From assembly GCA_964560085.1 (NCBI GenBank), contig CAZLKF010000002.1:28240-92239 (forward strand): a stretch of DNA of 64,000 nt. Reading direction: 5' to 3'. Shown piece after piece: positions 21,509-30,692 of the stretch (within the stretch, counting starts at the first letter, position 1; the number at the start of each line of letters is the position of its first letter). The notes under the pieces are model-generated. The model saw nothing but the letters and a program-made list of their open reading frames with translations. It was not told the DNA's origin and did no database searches. The DNA comes from an uncultured Muribaculaceae bacterium (GTDB lineage: Bacteria; Bacillota_I; Bacilli_A; RF39; UBA660). A program made the translations under genes and the position numbers.

Positions 21509-21817
21509 CTATAATTTAATTTGGATATCAACACCGCTTGGAATATCTAAATGTGCTAATGCATCAATAGTTTCCTTGCTTGGATTAATGATATCAATAA
21601 GTCTTTTGTGTGTTCTTTTTTCAAATTGTTCACGTGAATCTTTGTATTTGTGAACTGCTCTCAAAATAGTGATTTTTTCAATGTCGGTTGGTAGTGGAAT
21701 TGGTCCAACTACTTCGCCACCTGTTCTTTTCACTGTTTCGATAATTTTGCCACAAGCTGCATCTAACGTCTTGTGTTCAAATGCTTTTAATCTGATTCGA
21801 ACTTTTGTCTTTGACAT
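21509..21817 (-). CDS. rpsJ: 30S ribosomal protein S10
   Basis: 102 aa; [16 protein letters not shown]... Confidence 0.9.
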   Translation of the reverse strand: MSKTKVRIRLKAFEHKTLDAACGKIIETVKRTGGEVVGPIPLPTDIEKITILRAVHKYKDSREQFEKRTHKRLIDIINPSKETIDALAHLDIPSGVDIQIKL

Positions 21818-21947
21818 ATTATCCTCCCCTCGCCTATATCTAGTATAGACTCGCTCCGTGTAAAAACCTAATAACCCAATCTTATATAAAACAACTTAAC
21901 CGGGTGTATCAGCAACCTCACACATCATTGCGTGCCACACGTTTAAG

Positions 21948-21976
21948 ATTATACACAATAATTATATGAATTGCAA
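21948..21976 (-). promoter_or_regulatory. sigma-A promoter of the S10 ribosomal superoperon
   Basis: Minus strand reads TTGCAA, a 17 nt spacer, then TATAAT, followed by a roughly 125 nt leader before rpsJ. Confidence 0.55.
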
Positions 21977-21995
21977 GGATTTTTTGATGTTTTTT

Positions 21996-22022
21996 ATAAA
22001 AAAAACAAGAATTAATTCTCGT
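21996..22022 (-). terminator. intrinsic terminator after the acyl-CoA ligase gene
   Basis: ACGAGAAUU/AAUUCUUGU hairpin followed by an 8-9 U run. The stop codon at 22012-22014 sits at the apex. Confidence 0.5.
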
Positions 22023-23742
22023 TTTCATCTTCTAATTTTTTGTATGCTACTTTTCCAACCAGAGTTCTTGGTAAAGAATCACGATATTCAAATATGGCTG
22101 GCATAGAATACTTAGCTAAATTCTTTGCACAATGTTCTTCAATCTCTTTTTTCAGTCTTTCAGTTATTTCAACATCCTCATTCAAAACAACATATGCTTT
22201 TGCAACTTGCACTTTATGAGGATGACTCACCCCAATTACTGTTGAAGTTAAAACTGCCGGATGTTCATTGATAACTTTTTCAACATGCGATGGATAAATA
22301 TTATAACCAGAAGAAACAATAATTCGTTTTATTCGTTGTTTAAAATAAACATAACCATCTTCATCCATACTTCCCATATCACCTGTGTGTAACCAAGTAT
22401 GGCCATCTTCATGAACACGCAACGTTTGTATTGTTTCATTTATATTATCTAGATAGCCTAACATAACTGAAGGACCAGTTATACATATTTCACCATCCGT
22501 ATTACGTGGAGCTTCGTCATGAGTTCCATTGATAACAATTTTAAAATAGGTGTCTGGATAAGGAATACCAATACTGCCTTTGCGATAATAATTATCAGGA
22601 GTTAAACATGTGGCGCCTGCGCATTCAGTTAGACCATATCCTTCTCTTATATAGGCATTACTTCCGTGATCACGCAAATACTTGTCAACACGCGTTTTTA
22701 ATTCTGTATCAAGTGAGTCACCACCACAAATAGCATTTGTAACGCATGCAAGTTCATTTTTACCGAATTCGCTTTTAGTTAAACTGTCGAATAAAGTAGG
22801 TACTCCAGCGACAAAATTAGGGCGATATTTTCTAATTAATCCCACAAATTTACGAGCTGAAAAATCAGGAATTAAGATACACTTCATTCCACTTGATAAT
22901 GGTGTATGAATGCATACGCTTAATCCAAAGCCATGAAAAATCGGCATAATTGATAAAACTGATTCCCCTGGTTTGCTATGACACATCAAATTACTTTGTA
23001 AGGCCATAGAATTAAAGTTTTTATTTGAAAGCATTATTCCCTTAGGGCTTCCAGTTGTTCCACCACTATAAAGAATTACGGCAACACTATCAGCCATTTT
23101 ATGACATTTATAATTGCCTGCATATTTACGACCAGATTCAATAAACTCTTTCCAGTCAATTATGTCTTCTTTTTCAATTTTAGTATTTAGTTTACGTCCT
23201 TTAGTTAGCCAATAAAGAAAAGTCATAGCAAAACCGAAATCGTGAGCGGCAGAAACAACAACCATTTTCTCAACTTTTGTGTTATCGATTATATGCATGA
23301 TTTTTTCATATGATATATCAATTGTAATTAAAAATTTTGTGTTTGATAAATTTAGATAAAATTCAATTTCATTTTCAGCGGATAAAGGATGAATCATATT
23401 AGCAATTGCTCCAACCATATTAACTGCATAAAAAGCAATTAATCCTTGTGGTGTATTAGGCATGCAAATTGTAACACGATCATTTTCTTTGATTCCTTGA
23501 GCTTTTAAAGCTTTAGCAGCTTCTTCGATTTTCTTATAGAAATCTTTATATGTACACTTTGTTCCATAATATTCATAAGCAATATTATCAGCAAATTTAT
23601 TGCTTGATGCTTCAATCATTTCGGATATTGTTCCTTGAAAATAATTCAAATTAGGAGGAACATCCCCATAATATTTAATCCATGGTGCATTTAATTTTTG
23701 GGCATTGTTATTTTGTATTTTCCTCTTGAATAACCTTTTCAC
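22012..23742 (-). CDS. AMP-dependent acyl-CoA synthetase/ligase (long-chain fatty acid--CoA ligase-like)
   Basis: 576 aa; AMP-binding signature YSGGTTGSPKG and C-terminal ...GK... motifs. Confidence 0.8.
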   Translation of the reverse strand: MKRLFKRKIQNNNAQKLNAPWIKYYGDVPPNLNYFQGTISEMIEASSNKFADNIAYEYYGTKCTYKDFYKKIEEAAKALKAQGIKENDRVTICMPNTPQGLIAFYAVNMVGAIANMIHPLSAENEIEFYLNLSNTKFLITIDISYEKIMHIIDNTKVEKMVVVSAAHDFGFAMTFLYWLTKGRKLNTKIEKEDIIDWKEFIESGRKYAGNYKCHKMADSVAVILYSGGTTGSPKGIMLSNKNFNSMALQSNLMCHSKPGESVLSIMPIFHGFGLSVCIHTPLSSGMKCILIPDFSARKFVGLIRKYRPNFVAGVPTLFDSLTKSEFGKNELACVTNAICGGDSLDTELKTRVDKYLRDHGSNAYIREGYGLTECAGATCLTPDNYYRKGSIGIPYPDTYFKIVINGTHDEAPRNTDGEICITGPSVMLGYLDNINETIQTLRVHEDGHTWLHTGDMGSMDEDGYVYFKQRIKRIIVSSGYNIYPSHVEKVINEHPAVLTSTVIGVSHPHKVQVAKAYVVLNEDVEITERLKKEIEEHCAKNLAKYSMPAIFEYRDSLPRTLVGKVAYKKLEDENEN

Positions 23743-24592
23743 TTACATTTTCCTCCAACATTTCAGGGTGTAACATTATATATTCAAACAATTTAATTGA
23801 CTTTGCAAAATAAAAGCCATCGGCAATTCTCTCATCTAATGTTATGCCAAATTCACAAAAATCATGAATTTCAACTTTGCCTTTTTCATTAACATATGGC
23901 TCTTTTTTTATTTCTCCAATTGTTAAAAGAATTGAATTAGTACCAAAATCAGTTAGATTATGATATATTGCTCCACATTCAATACTACCTAGATTAGATA
24001 ATATTATAGAGCTATGGTAAATTGAATTTCCAATCATTGATTCTGGTAATAAATCATGGCGATCGGCCCATTTCAATATTCCCATAATCATTTTAAATAA
24101 ACCTTTTGGTAATTTTCCTAATTTTTGAATTGTATCATCAGTTGAGTTATTTGAATCACTACGAACTTTTTTAACAACATTACTTATTTTTTCATTAACT
24201 TTATTAATATTGTCTTCTTCGTCTATCTTTATAACTGTTAAATTTTCTTTTGCTTCATCAGAAAACTCTACTTTAGCAACAAAAGATAGCGAAACATTAT
24301 CACGATCAAAATAATCCCCATTTATAACAAAACGATTTAATAATGGTCGATTGTATATTGTTCTAGCAATGCCTGTTGCAAAGGCGTGAAAATACGTGAA
24401 TTTACTATCAGGATTTTCTTTCTTTTTTTGAGCAATATAATTAACTAAATTAGTAACATCTATTTTATGATTTATATATACATCCGAATCGCAACGAAGT
24501 GGTTTAAGGCGTAACATAAATTTATGAACACCATCCATATCACGGACTTTATAGCCATCATGACGATCGCCGAATCTTTTTTTCTTATCCAT
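23708..24592 (-). CDS. 2-oxoacid dehydrogenase E2 / CAT-like acyltransferase catalytic-domain protein
   Basis: 294 aa. C-terminal ...LDERIADGFYFAKSIKLFE... resembles the DHRxxDG catalytic segment of E2/CAT-fold acyltransferases, with Glu in place of His. It overlaps the ligase gene by 35 nt. Confidence 0.5.
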   Translation of the reverse strand: MDKKKRFGDRHDGYKVRDMDGVHKFMLRLKPLRCDSDVYINHKIDVTNLVNYIAQKKKENPDSKFTYFHAFATGIARTIYNRPLLNRFVINGDYFDRDNVSLSFVAKVEFSDEAKENLTVIKIDEEDNINKVNEKISNVVKKVRSDSNNSTDDTIQKLGKLPKGLFKMIMGILKWADRHDLLPESMIGNSIYHSSIILSNLGSIECGAIYHNLTDFGTNSILLTIGEIKKEPYVNEKGKVEIHDFCEFGITLDERIADGFYFAKSIKLFEYIMLHPEMLEENVSEKVIQEENTK

Positions 24593-24660
24593 TTTTACCT
24601 CCTAAAAACATTAATAACATTTTAACATTTTTTTCTTCCTTTTTCAAATAGGTAATACTT

Positions 24661-24694
24661 ATAATAAAAAAGTAACTACTTTTTGTAATTACTT
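24661..24694 (-). terminator. intrinsic terminator after trpS
   Basis: 10 bp stem with one mismatch (AAGUAAUUAC aaaaa GUAGUUACUU) followed by a U run; it overlaps the trpS stop. Confidence 0.45.
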
Positions 24695-25680
24695 TATCTA
24701 ATTGTGCCAATTTTTTGCTTCATTTGTTCATACTTTTCCTTGGCAATTTTTCTAGTAATACTAGCGCCTTTATCAAGAATAGCATCTAATTCACCACTAT
24801 TCACTAATTCTTCATATCTTACTTGAAAACTAGTGATTTTTTCGGCCGTCACTTCGCCAACATAAGCTTTAAATTCGCCATAGTTTTTGCCAACAAACAT
24901 ATTCTCTAATTCTTCAATCGTTTTACCAGTCATAACACTCGCGATATTTAACAAATTTGATATGCCAGGTTTATTTTCTTCATCATATTTTACTAACATA
25001 TCAGAGTCAGTTGTTGAACTTTTAATTTTTTTGATAATTGTTTCTTTTGAATCATATAAAGAAATTACCCCATTAGGATTTTCTTCTGATTTGCTCATCT
25101 TCTTACTAGGATCTTTCAAATCCTTTATTTTTGTTCCAACTTGCGTAATATATGCAGTAGGAATCTTAAATGTTTCCCCATACGTATGATTAAATCTGAT
25201 TGCAATGTCACGGGCTAATTCAACATGTTGTTTTTGATCTTCGCCAACCGGAACATAATCCGCATCACAGAATAAGATGTCTGATGCCATCAAAACTGGA
25301 TATGTTAATAAGCCAACTGAAAAATTATTTTTTCCTTTGCTTTTCTCCTTAAACTGAATCATTCTTGATGCTTCCCCATAATAAGTGTTGCATTCTAATA
25401 TCCAAGAAATTGCTGGAATAAATTCATTTTCTGATTGAATGTATATTACGACTTTGTTAGAATCTATCCCACATGCAATATAAGTGGCCACAAACCTTTT
25501 TATTCTATCTCTCAATAATTTTGGATCTTGCATCACTGTTAAAGCATGTAAGTCAGCAACAAACAAAAATATTTCATCAAATTCTTTTTGCATTTCAACT
25601 AATTGTCTTATTGCTCCAATATAATTTCCTAATGTTAATTCCCCTGTTGGTTTTAAACCTGTTAATAATCTTTTCTTCAT
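24694..25680 (-). CDS. trpS: tryptophan--tRNA ligase
   Basis: 328 aa; class I motifs (P.GELTLGNYIGA HIGH-like, KMSKS). Confidence 0.9.
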   Translation of the reverse strand: MKKRLLTGLKPTGELTLGNYIGAIRQLVEMQKEFDEIFLFVADLHALTVMQDPKLLRDRIKRFVATYIACGIDSNKVVIYIQSENEFIPAISWILECNTYYGEASRMIQFKEKSKGKNNFSVGLLTYPVLMASDILFCDADYVPVGEDQKQHVELARDIAIRFNHTYGETFKIPTAYITQVGTKIKDLKDPSKKMSKSEENPNGVISLYDSKETIIKKIKSSTTDSDMLVKYDEENKPGISNLLNIASVMTGKTIEELENMFVGKNYGEFKAYVGEVTAEKITSFQVRYEELVNSGELDAILDKGASITRKIAKEKYEQMKQKIGTIR

Positions 25681-25689
25681 AAATTCCTC

Positions 25690-26748
25690 CTATTTATTAC
25701 ATAATTCTAATAATATTTTTTTATATATTCTAACAGTCTCATTTAATGATGACCTACTAATATGTTCATTATCTTTATGAGCTGTAATTGGACCTGGGCC
25801 TAAAATAATTTTATTTTTATTTAAAACACTTGCTTCTGATAAACCAAAGAATTTTTTACATTTTTTGTTTGTTATTTTTTCATAGTATTTAATTATTTCG
25901 TCATTATTATAAAATGGCAGAAAATCAAATTTAATTATATATTCTATATTATGTTTCTTAGCTAAAGCATTAACATATTTCTTAATATGATTATATTCTT
26001 TAACATCTTTTGTAATTCGAAAATCACAAGTAGCTTTGGTATAATTAGGAACAATATTTACTCTTTCTCCACCATTTATTATACCATAATTCATCGTTGT
26101 ATGCCCAAACTCATATTCATCACACCAACTTTTATGAAAATAGCTCTCTAATTTTAACAATTCATTTAAAAATTTCACACATTTTACATTTGAACTTTCA
26201 ATTGGCATACTTGAATGACTGCTTATACCATTAAATCTAAACTCATATTCAATGACGCCTTTTGAACCATTCATCGGTACATTGTCAGTTGGTTCACCAA
26301 TTATCAAATATTCAGGATAATTAAGATTTAAGCTTTTAAAATACTTTATACCGCCAAAGGATATTTCCTCATCATAGGTAAGAATAATTGTCATTCCATA
26401 TTTTAATTCAGCAAAATCTATTTCTGCCACAGCTTTCAAAATTGCGGCAATACCTCCTTTCATATCACTCGTGCCTAAGCCATATAAATTCCCATTGTTT
26501 TCAGTTAATTTAAAAGGATTACCGCCAAAAGTGTTACGATAACTAACAGTATCGGTATGTCCAACAAAGCCAACCGTTTGTTTTTCTTTTATTGTTGCTA
26601 CAAGAATCTTTTTATCCGCCCCATAAAGTGTACATCTAAAATTTAACTTCTCTAGATAATCCTTTACATATTGCATAATTTTCAAATTATCTTGATCATT
26701 AATGGTATTAAATGCAACCAAATCTTTTAATATTTCTTCAACTTTCAT
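25690..26748 (-). CDS. M20 family metallopeptidase / amidohydrolase (ArgE/DapE-like)
   Basis: 352 aa; GHTDTV metal-binding motif and a dimerisation lid. It is the first gene after the Trp T-box leader and lies 9 nt upstream of trpS. Confidence 0.7.
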   Translation of the reverse strand: MKVEEILKDLVAFNTINDQDNLKIMQYVKDYLEKLNFRCTLYGADKKILVATIKEKQTVGFVGHTDTVSYRNTFGGNPFKLTENNGNLYGLGTSDMKGGIAAILKAVAEIDFAELKYGMTIILTYDEEISFGGIKYFKSLNLNYPEYLIIGEPTDNVPMNGSKGVIEYEFRFNGISSHSSMPIESSNVKCVKFLNELLKLESYFHKSWCDEYEFGHTTMNYGIINGGERVNIVPNYTKATCDFRITKDVKEYNHIKKYVNALAKKHNIEYIIKFDFLPFYNNDEIIKYYEKITNKKCKKFFGLSEASVLNKNKIILGPGPITAHKDNEHISRSSLNETVRIYKKILLELCNK

Positions 26749-26761
26749 ATTATCACCTCAC

Positions 26762-27005
26762 AAAAAAATCCTATCCTAATTATTAGGATAAGATTATATT
26801 CTTATTATGCCACCTATAATGACTACTTTGTACTAACATACAAGTTCCTTTGCTAACAGAGGGAATTCTCCGTACTTGCCTACTACAATTTCGGAAGTCT
26901 TTCATTGGCCCATTCAGCAACTTTAATTTATGGTTTTTCATCAACCAACCACTTTCTAAAAAATTAAATATCACTTACTTCTCCAAATCAACAATTTGCT
27001 TTGTT
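26762..27005 (-). ncRNA. T-box riboswitch leader, Trp-specific (specifier UGG)
   Basis: Read on the minus strand. Stem I has a GA/K-turn base (UUGG..UGAU/UGAAA..CCAA) and a distal loop GGUUGAUGAAAA, with the specifier context GAA-UGG-G. The antiterminator is A1 AUUAUAGG/CCUAaUAAU, a 7 nt bulge UGGCAUA (UGGC pairs with tRNA GCCA), A2 AUAAGA/UCUUAU and an F-box-like CUGUUA. The competing terminator UAUCCUAAU a AUUAGGAUA + GGAUUUUUUU lies 13 nt before the RBS. Confidence 0.6.
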
Positions 27006-27011
27006 AATTTG

Positions 27012-27040
27012 ATTATATAATTGATGTCGTTAAAAGTCAA
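27012..27040 (-). promoter_or_regulatory. sigma-A promoter of the T-box/M20 peptidase/trpS unit
   Basis: Minus strand reads TTGACT, a 17 nt spacer, then TATAAT. Confidence 0.55.
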
Positions 27041-27064
27041 GAAAATTACATTTGACTATCAAAT

Positions 27065-27649
27065 TTAATGCGTTATTTTTTTATGAATATATTCAGCTAT
27101 TTTAGCATGGCCCATATTATTAGGGTGTAATCCATCGGTTAATTCTTCTAAATTAACTATATTCTTCATGTTTATATATGTTACACCATTCTCTTCGCAT
27201 AACTGTTTTAATAAACTATCAATTGCTTCTATATTTGCTTGTTTATACATATCTCTTTTTTCTAAATCAATATCTAATAATCCTAAGAATAAAATGTCTT
27301 TAGTAAATTTTTGAGAAATATGTATTATTTTCAAGACATTTTTTTCAAATATTTTTAAATGTGAAAATCCTTTATTTAATATTAAAGCATCTTTTATACC
27401 AAAAGCAAATAACAATTTAAATTCATCTTCAGTATTGAATCTGTTTTTTAACTCTACCATAAATCGTTTGGCAATGTCTGTCGAACATTGTCCAGGAATA
27501 CTCATATTAAAATAGAACTTTTTTAAATTATTATTATCTTTTCCTTTTAGTCTATTAACCCAACCAAAGCATTCATTATCGCCTACACCATAAGCAATAA
27601 TATCACCAAAAACAATATAAACTTGATCTTTCGCTTGCCCTCTCATCAA
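27065..27649 (-). CDS. SGNH/GDSL-like hydrolase
   Basis: 194 aa; N-terminal IVFGD.I..G block and C-terminal DGLHPN catalytic block. Confidence 0.65.
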   Translation of the reverse strand: MMRGQAKDQVYIVFGDIIAYGVGDNECFGWVNRLKGKDNNNLKKFYFNMSIPGQCSTDIAKRFMVELKNRFNTEDEFKLLFAFGIKDALILNKGFSHLKIFEKNVLKIIHISQKFTKDILFLGLLDIDLEKRDMYKQANIEAIDSLLKQLCEENGVTYINMKNIVNLEELTDGLHPNNMGHAKIAEYIHKKITH

Positions 27650-27712
27650 GCAACATCCTTTCTAAATTAATTAAAATGATATCTATTAATAATATTTTAT
27701 CATTATTTATTT

Positions 27713-27739
27713 AAAAAAAGAAATTGCAAAAGCAATTTC
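27713..27739 (-). terminator. intrinsic terminator after the NUDIX gene
   Basis: GAAAUUGC uuuu GCAAUUUC plus UUUUUUU; the TAG stop lies in the 5' stem. Confidence 0.5.
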
Positions 27740-28233
27740 TATAAATCTTCTTCTTCAACAAATTCAAATGTATCATTTATATTTGTTAGTTTTTCTTTCA
27801 AATAATCTGGTTTTATTGGACTACTTGTAATTTCATTTATATCAATCCATTTATAGACAATTTCTTTATCTTCTTCTATACCTGCAAATTCAACTTGTGA
27901 TAATAATTTTGAATCATCTGGTACATCTACTAAATATCCGAGAATGTATTGATGTTGTTTTTTGTTATCAAAATTAAAGAAATATTCTACAAACCACAAT
28001 GGTCTAACAATTGAAGCTTTATCTTCACCAGTTTCCTCAAGCAATTCTCTTTTTACGACGTCAGTACCTCTTTCAAGAGTACCAATTGCTCCTCCAGGTA
28101 ATGCCCAAAAAGAATCTTTTTTGCGCTTTTGAAATAAAACTTTATTGTTTTTTATAATGACTGCTGCGGCTCTAGCACTAAATTTGACTTCATTAATCAT
28201 TAATCTAATATCATTATTTTCCATATTTCTCAC
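27739..28233 (-). CDS. NUDIX hydrolase
   Basis: Nudix box GGAIGTLERGTDVVKRELLEETGE. Confidence 0.85.
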   Translation of the reverse strand: MRNMENNDIRLMINEVKFSARAAAVIIKNNKVLFQKRKKDSFWALPGGAIGTLERGTDVVKRELLEETGEDKASIVRPLWFVEYFFNFDNKKQHQYILGYLVDVPDDSKLLSQVEFAGIEEDKEIVYKWIDINEITSSPIKPDYLKEKLTNINDTFEFVEEEDL

Positions 28234-28260
28234 CTCAATTATATTTTATCACATATATAA

Positions 28261-29403
28261 TTATAATATCAACTTTAGCTTTCTCCCCAATAATTGAAAA
28301 AAAGTTATTTTTTCTACATCTTCTTTGACCGTTAAATCGACCATTTCTTGATGACCATTTATCTTAATTGTTAATGATCCAACTATATCTCCTTTTTTGA
28401 TAGGAGCAACTAGTTTGTCAAGGTTTACATTATAATCTATTTTGGCATCATCATCCATTTTCTTTTTCAAATATGTTACCTTTTCTATGGGTATTATATC
28501 GATTTTTTCGACATAGCCTTTTTCTACTTTATTGTTAGATACAATTTTATCTTGATCGATTGCAGTCTTTAATTCATATTGAGCATAAGCATAATCAAGC
28601 ATTTCACTCACTTCTTTGTTGCGGACTTCACTACTTGGTTCATCTAAAACAATCGCGATGATTCGCATATCGTTTTTTAAAGCTGTTGCAACTAAACAAT
28701 AACCAGCTTCTGTTGTATACCCGGTTTTCAAGCCATCAACGCCATCGTAGAAGCGTACTAACTTGTTGGTATTAACAAGCCACAATCGACGATCAGTATT
28801 TTCTCTTAAATAACTTTCATAAACCGAGGTATATTTAAATATCTCTTCATGTTTACTTAAAGCTCTAGCAATAACAGCTAAATCAGCTGCACTTGTATAA
28901 TGATTACTAGCTGTTAAACCATGTGAATTTTGAAAATTCGTATTTTTTAACCCCAATTCTTTACTTCTTTTGTTCATTAAATTAACAAAATTAGCTTCAG
29001 TCCCAGCTATTTTTTCGGCTAAAGCCACCACTGCATCATTGCCACTAGCAATAGCTATCCCTTTAAATAAATCTTCTACGCTCATCCTTTCATTTGTTTC
29101 AAGCAATATCTGGCTACCACCCATAGCTGAAGCATTAGCACTTACTTGCACAATCTCTTTCCAATCAATAACTCCTTTATCAATCGCTTCCACAATTAAT
29201 AACATTGACATCATTTTTGTTAAAGATGCTGGTTCTAACTTCTCGTTAGGATTTTTTGAAAATATAATTTCACCAGTACTAGCTTCTAATAATAAAGCTG
29301 ACCTAGCATTAGTTGCTAACGTTAAATCATCGGCTTTAACCGTAACTCCTAAAATAAAAATACTTAATATCAAAACAGCAAACTTTTTCATATTCCACCT
29401 CAA
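28261..29403 (-). CDS. D-alanyl-D-alanine carboxypeptidase (PBP5/DacB-DacF-like)
   Basis: Signal peptide plus SLTK (SxxK), SGN and KTG motifs; 380 aa. Confidence 0.85.
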   Translation of the reverse strand: MRWNMKKFAVLILSIFILGVTVKADDLTLATNARSALLLEASTGEIIFSKNPNEKLEPASLTKMMSMLLIVEAIDKGVIDWKEIVQVSANASAMGGSQILLETNERMSVEDLFKGIAIASGNDAVVALAEKIAGTEANFVNLMNKRSKELGLKNTNFQNSHGLTASNHYTSAADLAVIARALSKHEEIFKYTSVYESYLRENTDRRLWLVNTNKLVRFYDGVDGLKTGYTTEAGYCLVATALKNDMRIIAIVLDEPSSEVRNKEVSEMLDYAYAQYELKTAIDQDKIVSNNKVEKGYVEKIDIIPIEKVTYLKKKMDDDAKIDYNVNLDKLVAPIKKGDIVGSLTIKINGHQEMVDLTVKEDVEKITFFQLLGRKLKLIL

Positions 29404-29434
29404 TTAAACATATGAAAAAGAATAGTTATAATTA

Positions 29435-30682
29435 CTATTCTTCATTCCAACCATATATTTTAATTAATCTTTTTCCCGCATAATTATAAGCGGAAAGTGG
29501 ATAATTTTTGCGGTCTGTCGTATTAGATGTCGTTAGCAAATCAACTATCTTTCCATCTTCCTCAACAATTCCTGATACGACAATTGTATGTACCCATTTA
29601 TTCATAGAACCGACTTGCATAACATCACCAGCCTCAGCAGCAAAATAATTAATATTAACACTAGCACATAAGCCATAACCATTATTGTTACGTGCATAAT
29701 CATAAAATTGGCTAACACCAGTCCATGAAGGAGTGCGACCTTTTTCAAGAGAAGTTTCATCAACACCACTACCATAATATTTCCATTTATAAATTCCGGT
29801 TAAATCATTTGGAATTCCGCCACTCTTTAAAACCTGTGAAGCGTAATTTTGACAATTTCCACCATATATATCATAAGCAGCATATTCACTATTTCTTTTT
29901 AAAGACCATTCTAAGGCATAATTGCTGGCCATTTCTCGATCATAAGTATGATCACATTTCTTAGGAGCAACAAGTTTGTTCGTTAAATATGCTTCATAAT
30001 AACTTTTCTCAGTTACAACTGCTTTTTTAACATCACTTATTGCTTGTTCTTTGAATGTTTCTAATTCTGTTTTTATTATTTGATCAGTATTTTCTTCTTT
30101 AAATTCATAATTATCAGTAATAACATTATAAAAATCCGCGAATTTTTCATAAGCAATCAATTCATTATCATTAGAAAAAGTAAATTTGTTTTTAATATTT
30201 AAACTTTCAGATCTAATATCTTTCATAAAAGCAAAATTAACAAAACTATCTTCGTTGACCGTTAAAACTATTTTTTCAGTATCTTCATCTACTTTTTTAA
30301 TATCTAAATTGTAATAGCAATCAGTAAGTTTCAAATCATTTCTTTGACTTAAACGATAACTTATTAAATAAGACATTGCTGTTTGTGTTAAATAAGCTTC
30401 TTTAGAGGTCGGTTCACTAAACAAATACATCATATTATATTCATTTAATTCTTTCATTGACAAATAATATAAATCTACAAATTCTACTATTTTTTTCTTT
30501 ATTTCCTCATCTACTATTATTCCTGAACTATTAGTAAATTCTTTGATAAAAGTTGTCGGTTTAGGTGTTATTATCTCTTCTTCTTTCTTGGTACAAGAAC
30601 CAATTAGCAAAATGAGACTAATAATAACAATACCTAAAACAGTAACTGGAATTATTTTAATTCTTATTTTTTTTCTTTTCAT
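29435..30682 (-). CDS. lipoprotein with a C-terminal putative amidase / papain-like cysteine hydrolase domain
   Basis: Lipobox LLIGSC. The C-terminal approximately 160 aa carry a conserved Cys (GGNCQNYASQ) and a downstream His (WVHTIVV), typical of amidase_6/CHAP-like folds. Confidence 0.45.
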   Translation of the reverse strand: MKRKKIRIKIIPVTVLGIVIISLILLIGSCTKKEEEIITPKPTTFIKEFTNSSGIIVDEEIKKKIVEFVDLYYLSMKELNEYNMMYLFSEPTSKEAYLTQTAMSYLISYRLSQRNDLKLTDCYYNLDIKKVDEDTEKIVLTVNEDSFVNFAFMKDIRSESLNIKNKFTFSNDNELIAYEKFADFYNVITDNYEFKEENTDQIIKTELETFKEQAISDVKKAVVTEKSYYEAYLTNKLVAPKKCDHTYDREMASNYALEWSLKRNSEYAAYDIYGGNCQNYASQVLKSGGIPNDLTGIYKWKYYGSGVDETSLEKGRTPSWTGVSQFYDYARNNNGYGLCASVNINYFAAEAGDVMQVGSMNKWVHTIVVSGIVEEDGKIVDLLTTSNTTDRKNYPLSAYNYAGKRLIKIYGWNEE

Positions 30683-30692
30683 AATTTGCTCC

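Noticed and set aside
26772-26790. Perfect 9 bp palindrome TATCCTAAT-t-ATTAGGATA, considered as a possible protein-binding operator
   Set aside because: It is followed on the coding strand by GGAUUUUUUU and is complementary to the antiterminator 3' strand. It is best explained as the T-box terminator.
26783-26974. 63 aa minus-strand ORF in the 316 nt gap upstream of the M20 peptidase gene
   Set aside because: It lies entirely within the T-box leader RNA (Stem I to Stem III). It has no RBS and its composition looks non-coding, so I treat it as leader, not CDS.
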